From the NCBI GenBank assembly GCA_002841765.1, contig PHAV01000004.1, positions 59,075-123,074 of the forward strand: DNA of 64,000 nucleotides. Reading direction: 5' to 3'. This DNA is from Deltaproteobacteria bacterium HGW-Deltaproteobacteria-4. Lineage in GTDB: Bacteria > Desulfobacterota > Desulfuromonadia > Desulfuromonadales > UBA2197. Under the pieces are notes generated by a model, which did not search any database, was not told the DNA's origin, and was given only the letters and a program-made list of their open reading frames with translations. A program made the position numbers and the translations under genes. Below, piece by piece: positions 35,908 to 44,907 of this stretch. Positions within the stretch are counted from its first letter, which is position 1, and every line of letters begins with the position of its first letter.

Positions 35908-38900
35908 TTAAAACTGTTGCAGTGCCTCACGCACTGAATTCTGGTCGAACTTGAAGCGGAACTTGACGAACGGTCCCTGGGCGGTGAAGTCAGCGGCAGA
36001 GAAGTCGCGGTCGGTAAAGCCGATAAAGTTATAGCCGACACTGAACCAGGCATTCTTGACCAGATTGTAACCGATGGAGGCGCCACTACCGTATTTTAAT
36101 TGTTTCGCCTGCCAGGAATGAAGCACCTTACCGGTGACGCCGACATCCCATTTACTTGTGAGATCATAGCGCCCTTCCAATCCCGTCAGGTCGGTGTAGC
36201 CGCTGTAGTCGTGTTCATCGATCGTTTCATTAACGTACTTGGCGCCGTATTGCAGCGAAAGCTGCGTCTTGCGATTATGACTCTTCCAGTTAGCGTTGAT
36301 ATTGTTGATCAGCCGCCAGTTGTCATAATTAAAGTCGCCGCCCTGCTGCTTGTCGAAGAGATAATCGAGACGGTTCAGCACAATCCAGGCAGTCTCTTGC
36401 GGCCGATAAGCGAGACTGAAACGGAGATCGCCGTTGGTCTCCTTGGCACCGGCAATACCGTTGGTTTTAAAAATCTGAGCGGCAGCCCCTAAACCAAGAC
36501 CGTCCTGAACTTCGCCGTAGATGCCGGTAAAGAGACCGAACTTGTCTTCCTCATCCGAGGTCCGCATCTCCAGACGACCGGTCCAGGACCAGTTTTCTTC
36601 CTTATACGAAGCCCCGCCAGTGATGGCCGTATAGTCCGAGGTGCCGGCAGCGGCCGGGACATTGACGTTAAAAGGTGCAGTCCCTGATTTTCTGATGGTG
36701 TCGCTCCGGTCGAGTCCGGCGTCAACACTCCATTTCTTCGAGATTTGCCAGGACTGTTTGAGCCCGCTTACCGAGAAGACACGCGTACCATTCTCTGAAG
36801 ATTGCTGTTCCATGGACGAACTGACCTGTCCCCCTGCCCACGGTGAAGATCTCAGGCCGATCCGCGTCATCTGCGTCCGTTCCAGCGAACCCCGGCTCAA
36901 TTCGTGGGCAATAAAGAAGCTCACGCTTTCGCTTAACCTGTAATCAGCACCGATCAAAGTTCGCGTCGGAAAGTCGGCGTTGTCATTGCTGTTGTGCAGC
37001 GATTGGTCATGTTCCGCTCGCAGGGTCAATTTGTCGCCAAAGAGGCTATAGGTGCCGCCGCTGATAAATTGGTCTGAAGTATTATTCTCACCATTTCCCA
37101 AATTATCCTGGGCGTGTCTCAACCCTGCGCGCAGGGAATAACCCTTTTCACTGAAAGCGGTTTGAACTTCAGCCATATCCCTGACAGCGTCCGTGCCAAG
37201 ATTGTTTTGGCGGAAGGCTCCGGTCTGCAAGCTGACCTTTTCATTCCAGCGGTAAGTTCCATCCACGCCGATCTTTCTCGTACCGCTTTCACTTCCCATC
37301 TGTTGACCCAGACCGAAATCATTATCCTGTTCACGCAGATAAATCTTGCCATCGACGACCTTGGTCCGGTGCGAAATTTCTGCCAGATAAGCGATACCGC
37401 TGGCGCTGCTGCCAACGAAGTCGTTTTCGGTTGTTGCCACTTCCGCTTTGATGATCGTCTCTTCCGTGAGCTTGATGGTGGTATCGAGCCCGGAGAGATT
37501 ACCTTCGCCGCCAACACGACCTTCATGGACATGAGTGGCGCCGACTTCGACGCGCTTATCCATGAAGCGCAGTGCTCCTCGTCCGCCGTAATTGTAGGAT
37601 TTGTCGCCGGTATCTACGGATTCATAGTTAATGACGATGTAGATCGGATTAAAGTTTTCATCACGATGGTAAACAGGGCTCTTGAAGAAGAGGGTCCCCT
37701 TTTCGTAATCGATGTCGTAGTCGATATGCCGGTTCAGCTTTTGTGAAGAGATCACCACTTCACTTTTGAACCGATCGCGACTTTCGATGGTGATCGTCTC
37801 GGAGTTAATGACGAGATCTGTTCTTGACAAGCGGTAAAGACCGGAAGTGCCGTCGCCGCGCAGTTCATCCTTGACAAAGGCCTGGTTGGTGTCGCTGACA
37901 AAGAGATTGAAATCAAGATTTTCGCTCTTCATCTCCGACTTCAGACCGTTAAAATTCCGGCTGTAGCGGGAAAGTTCGGTCACCGAGAGCCCGGTATCAT
38001 AATCACCAAAGAGCGCATAGAACTGATCGCGCTCAATCTTGAGATAAAGACTGCGGGCACTGGCGGCCTCATACTGTTGTGACGAAGCGTCGCCGTAAAG
38101 GGTGTAATACTGCTGCGGGTCGATCGTGCCGTAGAGACTTCCGGCCTGACGCATTCCCGCTTTAGCGCTGTCGTAGGCTGCGGTCAGAAGCCATTTCCCC
38201 TGGATCATCCCTTTGGCAAAGAAGGCGAGTCGGCCATCTTCATAATATTCATCATCGATCTGCGAAGCTTTGATGTTCTCCAGATTTCCCGAGAGGGAGT
38301 TATATCCCGCTGTCCCTTCGGCAAAACCGACAATGATCCATTCCCGTTCACCCGGAGTCAGCCAGGCGCGCACTTCGCTTTCTCCCTTAACGAAATTGAA
38401 GCGCAGGGTCGCCTCGCCGGTCTGGGTGGTCGGTTGCAATTCAATGCGGGCGATACCGTCTTCGTCGACCAGATACTTCAGGCGTGCACTCTTGGCAAGC
38501 AGCAGCGGGTTCTCTTTGAGGTCTTTTTCCAGTTGCAAAGGGAGGTAAGGGGGGTCGAGTTGATACTCACCGACCAGTCCTGCACGGGCAGGGTGGCCGT
38601 CTTTGTCGGTCAAACGGACAGCGATCACCGAAGGGAATTTGCCATCTGCGGTCAGCCGCGATTGACCCGGCATCACTTCAGCTTTAACCGGAGAGGTCGA
38701 ATAGTGCAGAGTGCGGGCAACACGGCGCACTTCCTGGCCATCGACAGAGCTTTCAACCGCTTCAAAGAGGTTGTCACCGTCGCTCAGGTGAATGCCGATC
38801 CAGAGGCTAATTGCGACCTGGTTGTCACCCCGCTTTTTGGTGCCGTCAAGATAAAGGGGATCGACCTCTTTACCGTTGAGCAACAGTTTGAGTCTCTTCT

Positions 38901-41682
38901 GCGGATCATGAGTCACAGCGATCTTGGCACTGGGGATGGCGGGATAAAAACCGTTATAGGGCCAGACAAAATTGAGACTGGGCTGAGCTGTTTCGAGCCA
39001 CGTATTATCGAATTCCGGCATGGTGCGGGCGATTTTACGCTCTTTTCTGACCTTCTCCGCCGCCGAGACTTCGGCCAGTTTCAAGGCAGTGACATCGACC
39101 GTTTTAAGGCCACTGTATTCCTTGATATTTTCGAGTTTGGTCCATTGATTGACCAATTCTGTCAAAATCTTTAATTCCACCCGGCGATTCAGTGCGCGGC
39201 CTTCTGCGGTTTCATTGCTGGCGATCGGTTCATCCGGACCCTTGCCGGCAATCGTCACTTGCTCCGGCAACAGGTTAAGGCCGGCCTGCAGATAATCGAC
39301 GACTGATTTCGCCCGGGCCTTCGAGAGTTCATAGTTGTCGGCCATGATGTGTCGACTGCGAGGGGCGATGCGGGTGCTATTGGTATGACCGGTGGCAGAG
39401 ATCTGGCTCACATGCACATTTTTAAATTCGGCGATGATCCCGTCGAGAACTTTTTTGTCAGGATCGGAAAGCTCGTAACCAAACTCATCAAAATACGGGC
39501 GCAGAATAATCGCCGGGATCGACCTGCGTTCGCTGGTGGATTCATTCTTAAGGATATTATCGACCAGCGGCGTGCGCTTGTTCTTCTCTTCGCTGGTATT
39601 GAAGGTCAGCAGCGCTTTCGCCGTCAACTCGCCGTTCTTGAGATGTGGAACCAGTGTCCCCTTTAATCTGATCTTGCCTGTCCAATCCGCCGGACTGTCT
39701 CCCAGGCGATAGGTGAGAACACTTTCCGTCACTTCCGGGTCGGCCAGAGCAAGACCATCGCGGCTGCTGCTAGCGCCTTGATAAATCACCCCATCGGGGA
39801 GGATCACTGTCAAGCGCATATTCGTCGTCGGCACTGCGCCGACATGGAGTGTCACCGTATAAGTGACGTCATCACCGAGCGTGCTTGCCAACTCAAGTCC
39901 GACAGATCCCTGCACCGGTGGGGCTTCCGGCTTTTTCTTGGTGTAAAAATCAGCGCGCCAGAGGGTTCCGCCTTGCAGATCGACAAATTGGGAGAAGGGC
40001 GTCCCGGCAAAGCGACTATTCTCTTCACAGCTGATGAGTTCATACTCGTTCGGAATCGTCTCCAGGTCGAGTTGAACAACATGCGTCCCGGCCTGAATTC
40101 CTTCAAAGTGATACATCCCCTGCAGGTCGGTGATGACGTAAGTACCATTTTCCAGGTAAAGACGTACGCCGGCAAGTCCATCACCCTCTGCGCCGTCATT
40201 CGGGCAGCCGTTGGGATAGACGCGACCGACAATCGTCGTCTTGCTGGAGAAGAGATCCTCTTTAACGACTATTTCGAACTTGGCAATATTGGAAGTGATG
40301 CCGCCGCTGCCGGTGGCGGTGGCAATATTGACCGCCGGTCCCAAGGGTGCCGCGACTGCCACTTCGACGACATAAGTGATGGTCATACTCTGCCCGGCGG
40401 CGAGAGTGCCGACGGTAAAGAGCATGCTTCTGCCGTCGGTTGAGAGCGTCGGGTCGGCAGCACTGACGCCATCGATTTTGGTCGAGCCTTTGCGGTAGCG
40501 CAGGCCAAGGGGGAGGCGGTCGCTGAGCACAACGCTGTTGACAGCGAGAGTCCCGGTATTCTCGGCGGCAATGCGATATTGCAGGAAATCACCGATGGCG
40601 ACGATCGTTTTCGAGGCGGTTTTGTTCAGACGCAGCCAGGTCTGCTGGGGATCGAGAGGGATATCGATATGGAGCGCCGGCCCGGGATTGATCAGGAAGA
40701 CCTCGCCACGGGATCCGGGGTTAATGGCAAAGGGGGCACCGGGGAGGGTCTGAATCTCACTGGTGGAGACCGTCGAGGGGGCAAGATAGCCCGAACCCGC
40801 TGGCGGTGTCACTACGAGGAGATATCTTCCCGGCTCGACAAAAGGAAAACGATAAAATCCATCCGGGAAGGTATAGATGCGTCCAGAGCTGTCGGTGACT
40901 GTTCCCCCTGAAGTTATCGTCGAGGGATAGATGCTGACACCGTCATCGCCGTAAATAGTCGCCGGCAGACCGGTAGCGGCATTGATGAAGGTAATGGTCG
41001 CACCATTCACCGGCAAACCGGTCATGCTGTCAAAGACTATCCCGTAGGGGTCAACAAGGGCACTCGCCGCCGAACTGTCAGTGCCATCGACGACATCAGT
41101 GTAACGCCCCTGAACCCGTGTATTCTGCTGGACGAAGAGGAGACCGTTCCCGGAGGTACTGGTGCCGGTGGTTGTTGACTGGATATAACCGGTGAAGATG
41201 CCGGTATCCGGACCGGTCTCAGTGAGACGCAAGATCTCGGATTCACTCGTTCCCGGAATGGTCAGGGTGACAATGACTGACTCGGCGACGGCGGGGTCAA
41301 GATTTTGGTCGAGGTCGCTCAAACGCAGAAAGAACGGCTCGTTTTCATGGTAGACCGTTGCCAGCACCAGCGGCAGGGTGCCGAGAGTCAGGGGTGCCGA
41401 TGCGCCGAGGGGAAGGGGGGGCGGCATCGGGATAAAGCTGCCGGCAGCAAAATAGCTGGTCGTTGCCACTGGCAGGAGTAAGAGTTTTTCGGGATCAGTG
41501 ACTGAGGGGGCATAAGTCAGGAAATCGAGTTGCGACGGGGTGCGGATGACGGTTGAGACCAGGTTCGATTCTCTAGTCTGGGGCAGAGTGTCGACGTGAT
41601 AGCTGGCATAGGCGGTATTGTCGACAGTTACGGCGGCATGAGCAGAAGGAGCGAGGAGAACAAAAGCCAATAAGAACGTCAT
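35908..41682 (-). CDS. Giant (~1924 aa; up to 2004 aa if TTG 41922 is used) outer-membrane protein (protein I): DUF11 / SdrD-B-like modules + internal OmpA-C peptidoglycan-binding domain + large C-terminal beta-barrel-like region
   Basis: Signal peptide MTFLLAFVLLAPSAHA|A at ATG 41682. DUF11 (IVAIGDFLQYRIAAENTGTLAVNSVVLSDRLPLGL). SdrD-B/CarboxypepD-like (IVGRVYPNG...GVRLYLENGTYVITDLQGMYHFEGIQAGTHVV). OmpA-C (SATGHTNSTRIA...LSKARAKSVVDYL...AEGRALNRRVELKI). About 850 C-terminal aa are rich in alternating-strand patterns, Gly/Tyr/Asp turns, and end ...GPFVKFRFKFDQNSVREALQQF. Confidence 0.85.
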   Translation of the reverse strand: MTFLLAFVLLAPSAHAAVTVDNTAYASYHVDTLPQTRESNLVSTVIRTPSQLDFLTYAPSVTDPEKLLLLPVATTSYFAAGSFIPMPPPLPLGASAPLTLGTLPLVLATVYHENEPFFLRLSDLDQNLDPAVAESVIVTLTIPGTSESEILRLTETGPDTGIFTGYIQSTTTGTSTSGNGLLFVQQNTRVQGRYTDVVDGTDSSAASALVDPYGIVFDSMTGLPVNGATITFINAATGLPATIYGDDGVSIYPSTITSGGTVTDSSGRIYTFPDGFYRFPFVEPGRYLLVVTPPAGSGYLAPSTVSTSEIQTLPGAPFAINPGSRGEVFLINPGPALHIDIPLDPQQTWLRLNKTASKTIVAIGDFLQYRIAAENTGTLAVNSVVLSDRLPLGLRYRKGSTKIDGVSAADPTLSTDGRSMLFTVGTLAAGQSMTITYVVEVAVAAPLGPAVNIATATGSGGITSNIAKFEIVVKEDLFSSKTTIVGRVYPNGCPNDGAEGDGLAGVRLYLENGTYVITDLQGMYHFEGIQAGTHVVQLDLETIPNEYELISCEENSRFAGTPFSQFVDLQGGTLWRADFYTKKKPEAPPVQGSVGLELASTLGDDVTYTVTLHVGAVPTTNMRLTVILPDGVIYQGASSSRDGLALADPEVTESVLTYRLGDSPADWTGKIRLKGTLVPHLKNGELTAKALLTFNTSEEKNKRTPLVDNILKNESTSERRSIPAIILRPYFDEFGYELSDPDKKVLDGIIAEFKNVHVSQISATGHTNSTRIAPRSRHIMADNYELSKARAKSVVDYLQAGLNLLPEQVTIAGKGPDEPIASNETAEGRALNRRVELKILTELVNQWTKLENIKEYSGLKTVDVTALKLAEVSAAEKVRKERKIARTMPEFDNTWLETAQPSLNFVWPYNGFYPAIPSAKIAVTHDPQKRLKLLLNGKEVDPLYLDGTKKRGDNQVAISLWIGIHLSDGDNLFEAVESSVDGQEVRRVARTLHYSTSPVKAEVMPGQSRLTADGKFPSVIAVRLTDKDGHPARAGLVGEYQLDPPYLPLQLEKDLKENPLLLAKSARLKYLVDEDGIARIELQPTTQTGEATLRFNFVKGESEVRAWLTPGEREWIIVGFAEGTAGYNSLSGNLENIKASQIDDEYYEDGRLAFFAKGMIQGKWLLTAAYDSAKAGMRQAGSLYGTIDPQQYYTLYGDASSQQYEAASARSLYLKIERDQFYALFGDYDTGLSVTELSRYSRNFNGLKSEMKSENLDFNLFVSDTNQAFVKDELRGDGTSGLYRLSRTDLVINSETITIESRDRFKSEVVISSQKLNRHIDYDIDYEKGTLFFKSPVYHRDENFNPIYIVINYESVDTGDKSYNYGGRGALRFMDKRVEVGATHVHEGRVGGEGNLSGLDTTIKLTEETIIKAEVATTENDFVGSSASGIAYLAEISHRTKVVDGKIYLREQDNDFGLGQQMGSESGTRKIGVDGTYRWNEKVSLQTGAFRQNNLGTDAVRDMAEVQTAFSEKGYSLRAGLRHAQDNLGNGENNTSDQFISGGTYSLFGDKLTLRAEHDQSLHNSNDNADFPTRTLIGADYRLSESVSFFIAHELSRGSLERTQMTRIGLRSSPWAGGQVSSSMEQQSSENGTRVFSVSGLKQSWQISKKWSVDAGLDRSDTIRKSGTAPFNVNVPAAAGTSDYTAITGGASYKEENWSWTGRLEMRTSDEEDKFGLFTGIYGEVQDGLGLGAAAQIFKTNGIAGAKETNGDLRFSLAYRPQETAWIVLNRLDYLFDKQQGGDFNYDNWRLINNINANWKSHNRKTQLSLQYGAKYVNETIDEHDYSGYTDLTGLEGRYDLTSKWDVGVTGKVLHSWQAKQLKYGSGASIGYNLVKNAWFSVGYNFIGFTDRDFSAADFTAQGPFVKFRFKFDQNSVREALQQF

Positions 41683-41934
41683 GCAGAGATGACGGCAAAG
41701 TTCAGCGCGTTTCGCGAACACTTCACTGCAGGAAGGACTCGCGGTACGGTCTGAAAGAAGCCCCGCAGCGAAGGAAGAACGACGGCTTTGCATCGCCACT
41801 CTTCCCCCGATGCGGGTCATGATGAAGTGTGCAGCACAAAGGCGCAACACGGCGCTGCCGCCGGGAATGATCCCGGCGGTGAAGCGTCGTATTACTGCCT
41901 TTATGCTGCTCAGAGTCGACAAACTGTTTCCTGA

Positions 41935-43179
41935 TTACTGAATAATAACGTTGAAAGTTAATGTGAAGACTTCACCAGGCTTCAATTCCCCGACCGTGTA
42001 ACTGGCTTCGGCGGGGAGCAAGGTTGCAAGGGTGGCCGTGATTGCCTGCCCCGAAAGCTCAACACCATCGGCATCGCTGGTCGTTGTGTAGTACTTAGCA
42101 ACATTTCCGCCAGCAAGGCCGCTACCGGCATTGCCGATTCGACTCCCGGTCACTGATGCCTTGAAACCAGATCCTGCTGCAGATTCAGCTGCAGGCGTTG
42201 CCGGCGTGCTGAAATCAGTCAACAAATCAGCATCCATGAGCAAGCTGGCAATCAGGGTGTCACCGATGCTGGTGAGGGTCGCGGAGGAGGGAGCTCCCGC
42301 GTCATTGGTAATCGTCACAACATATTGCACAATGGCACCGGGGATCGCTTTCGGAGTGGTGGTGTAATTGATCGGATCCCAGAGCGTCGTTGCTACTTTA
42401 TTGACAGAAATATCAGCCGAGGAAACAACGAAGACGCTATAAGCCGAATCTGCCCCATCAAGATTGCCATCTTCTGGACCCGTCCCGGCAGCCGTATCAG
42501 CCAGAACAACGGGGACCGCTGCCGTACAGCCCGGACCATTATAAGTCGATGCATTGGTCGTCTCTGCACCCAGGGCAGCTGCAGTACCACCGGCAGCTGT
42601 ATTTGCATTCAGCGCATAAACCGCTTTACTGCCATTGGCCAAGGCAACAGCAATAGCCGGGGTTCCGGTGGCAACGATATAAACGGTTCTAGATGTATCT
42701 GGTGCAAGTTCGTCGATGTAAGTGGCAACATCTAATACGTCATAACCGACTGCGTCGCCCGATTCGACAACGACGACGACGCCGGAAGCGTTAAAGGTAT
42801 CGACGGAATCGTTCGCTGCCCAGACGGTGTAAGTGCCATTTGCTTTAGTGACCGGGGTAAGGATGTAATCCTGAACGGTATTACCAATATTTGTGACGGT
42901 AAATTCTAACACCGCTTGCAGGGTGCCGGTGCCGGGCACAACAGAGACCCCGGGAGCCGCGTCTGCCGTTATGACCGTGAGATTGACCTTACTCGCGACC
43001 TCAAAAGGTGTAGCAGTGCCATTTTCTACAGGTTGAGTCACTCCTCCGACAGCGTAGGTAAGGGATGCCGTGTTCGTGATGTCTGTACAGACCGGTGTGC
43101 CTGCGGCCAATGCCGATAGCGGCGTCATTGCCGCGAAAGCGGCAGCCAAAAGAAATGCTGATAAACGGGTTCTTTTCAT
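41935..43179 (-). CDS. Secreted 415-aa DUF11-type pilin-sized protein (protein H)
   Basis: AGGAGAG lies before ATG 43179. Signal peptide MKRTRLSAFLLAAAFAAMTPLSALA|AGTP. The mature N-terminus TDITNTASLTYAVGG is shared with protein F. Terminal module WDPINYTTTPKAIPGAIVQYVVTITN. Ends FTLTFNVIIQ. Confidence 0.85.
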   Translation of the reverse strand: MKRTRLSAFLLAAAFAAMTPLSALAAGTPVCTDITNTASLTYAVGGVTQPVENGTATPFEVASKVNLTVITADAAPGVSVVPGTGTLQAVLEFTVTNIGNTVQDYILTPVTKANGTYTVWAANDSVDTFNASGVVVVVESGDAVGYDVLDVATYIDELAPDTSRTVYIVATGTPAIAVALANGSKAVYALNANTAAGGTAAALGAETTNASTYNGPGCTAAVPVVLADTAAGTGPEDGNLDGADSAYSVFVVSSADISVNKVATTLWDPINYTTTPKAIPGAIVQYVVTITNDAGAPSSATLTSIGDTLIASLLMDADLLTDFSTPATPAAESAAGSGFKASVTGSRIGNAGSGLAGGNVAKYYTTTSDADGVELSGQAITATLATLLPAEASYTVGELKPGEVFTLTFNVIIQ

Positions 43180-43263
43180 GGTGCTCTCCTTTTTTGCTGG
43201 TTGTAGTTGTTCTTGCGGGACAATTCCCAGGTGTAAAAGCCAACCCCCTATTTCCAATGTTCG

Positions 43264-43758
43264 TTATTTCACTTTAGCTTTGTAAGAGACGCTGCCCTTG
43301 GCGCCGTCTTGCAGGGCTCCTTCGAATGTCCAGCGGATGTGGGTGTAGTCCGCTGCGCTGGCCGGTTGCTCCTTTCCTTCGGCATCCTTGATCTTCAATT
43401 TGTCGGCCGCGGCGAAGATTTGACCCTTATCAACAGAGAAATCGATGCGCGCCCCTTTCCCCTCGGCCGTATTGTCAAGATAGAGCATATGCTCCGGCAG
43501 CGGATTGTTGATGACCACATTCGTTGCCGGTTTATCTCCCTGGTACTCATAGTGCGTAGTAAAGATGATCGTATCGCCGGGGGTAACATTGGTATCTGCG
43601 GCGGAGACACGAACGGTCTCCTGCTCCCCTTTATCATTCTTGACGATGATATCGATCTCGGCGGTTGACTTGAGTTCGATCCCTTTTTTCTCGGCGGCAC
43701 TGGCGGGGAGGGCGACCAGCACGAGAAGGGATAAAATGGCTAGCAATTTTTTTGTCAT
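43264..43758 (-). CDS. Secreted single-domain DUF11 protein, 164 aa (protein G)
   Basis: Signal peptide MTKKLLAILSLLVLVALPASA|AEKK. One DUF11 repeat (VTPGDTIIFTTHYEYQGDKPATNVVINNPLPEHMLY). Ends SVSYKAKVK. Confidence 0.85.
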   Translation of the reverse strand: MTKKLLAILSLLVLVALPASAAEKKGIELKSTAEIDIIVKNDKGEQETVRVSAADTNVTPGDTIIFTTHYEYQGDKPATNVVINNPLPEHMLYLDNTAEGKGARIDFSVDKGQIFAAADKLKIKDAEGKEQPASAADYTHIRWTFEGALQDGAKGSVSYKAKVK

Positions 43759-43808
43759 AAGTGACTCCTATCTGTCTGGTTCTCTTGAAAAATTTTACGT
43801 TTATCGCT

Positions 43809-44822
43809 TTAGTTGATCGTCACATCGAAGGTGATAGTCTGCTCCGGGGAAGCATTGGTCAGATCGCCGAGACCGACGGTGACCGTCACTGGCGCGCCAG
43901 CGACACTGCCGACATCAAGATCAGCGCCATCGCTTAGCGGTGCGCCGTTTAATTTAAGGGAGCTAACGACATAGGTGGAGTTATCAGGTATTTCGTCGGT
44001 GATCACCACGTCTGCGGCAGTACCGACACCGGTGATGGAGGCTTTGATGCTGTAGGTAAGGATGGCGCCGGGGATTGCCTTCGGAGTGACGAAGAGATTA
44101 GTCGGGTCCCAGGTAATTACCACCGATTTGTTCAAAACCAGAGAAAGGAGGTTGACGGTATAGGTCCCTTCTGACGAGTGTTTTCCGTCACGAGTAGTAT
44201 CACCGGCGGCACTGCCGGCATTATCGGCAAAGATGACATCAACGCCGGCGGTATTAGGGCCGACAGTTGCAGTTGTCACAGTCGTGGTGCCGGCATCGAC
44301 TGTCGTAGCAACAAGTTGATAATCTGATATGTCCCCACTGACCGCCCCTGCCGGGGTGTCGGCAATGATCAAGATTGCAAGGCTGTCATCCGCATCAACG
44401 TCACCAAAGGTGGCAGCGTTGACATAGAGAGTGTCACCGGCATCCAGAACGCCGGGAGTGGTGCCGTTGTCGAGGAAGATGCGGACATTATCCATGACAA
44501 TGCCGGCGCTGTTGGTTGCGTCCAGGGCATAGCGCTGCGTGGTATTGCCTTCGTTCTTGACTGAAAAGACAAGGGCTTGATCGGTTGATCCGGGTAAAAC
44601 AGTGGCGTCACCATTTTTAGTCACCGTCAGGTTGACCTTGTTGTCGACAACGATATTCGGAGCCGATGCGGTCTTGGTCACCGGAGTAGCGCCATCGTTA
44701 TAGGTGGCGGTTGCCGTGTTAGAGATATCCGTCCCCGACGGGGTTCCGGCTGCATAGGCCGCTTGAGTGAGCGGATAGCAGAGCGCCAGGAGCAGAGCGA
44801 TGGTGGCAATCTTTTTTGTCAT
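43809..44822 (-). CDS. Secreted 338-aa DUF11-type pilin-sized protein (protein F)
   Basis: AGGGAGG lies before ATG 44822. Signal peptide MTKKIATIALLLALCYPLTQAAYA|AGTP. TDISNTATATYNDG. Terminal module WDPTNLFVTPKAIPGAILTYSIKA. Ends QTITFDVTIN. Confidence 0.85.
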   Translation of the reverse strand: MTKKIATIALLLALCYPLTQAAYAAGTPSGTDISNTATATYNDGATPVTKTASAPNIVVDNKVNLTVTKNGDATVLPGSTDQALVFSVKNEGNTTQRYALDATNSAGIVMDNVRIFLDNGTTPGVLDAGDTLYVNAATFGDVDADDSLAILIIADTPAGAVSGDISDYQLVATTVDAGTTTVTTATVGPNTAGVDVIFADNAGSAAGDTTRDGKHSSEGTYTVNLLSLVLNKSVVITWDPTNLFVTPKAIPGAILTYSIKASITGVGTAADVVITDEIPDNSTYVVSSLKLNGAPLSDGADLDVGSVAGAPVTVTVGLGDLTNASPEQTITFDVTIN

Positions 44823-44907
44823 GGTGTACCTCCCTTTCTTTTCTTGTGTTGAACCGGGTTTGAAAAGTTGTGAGCGAATAAAAAATCCATATCTTGTTCC
44901 TTTCTGA

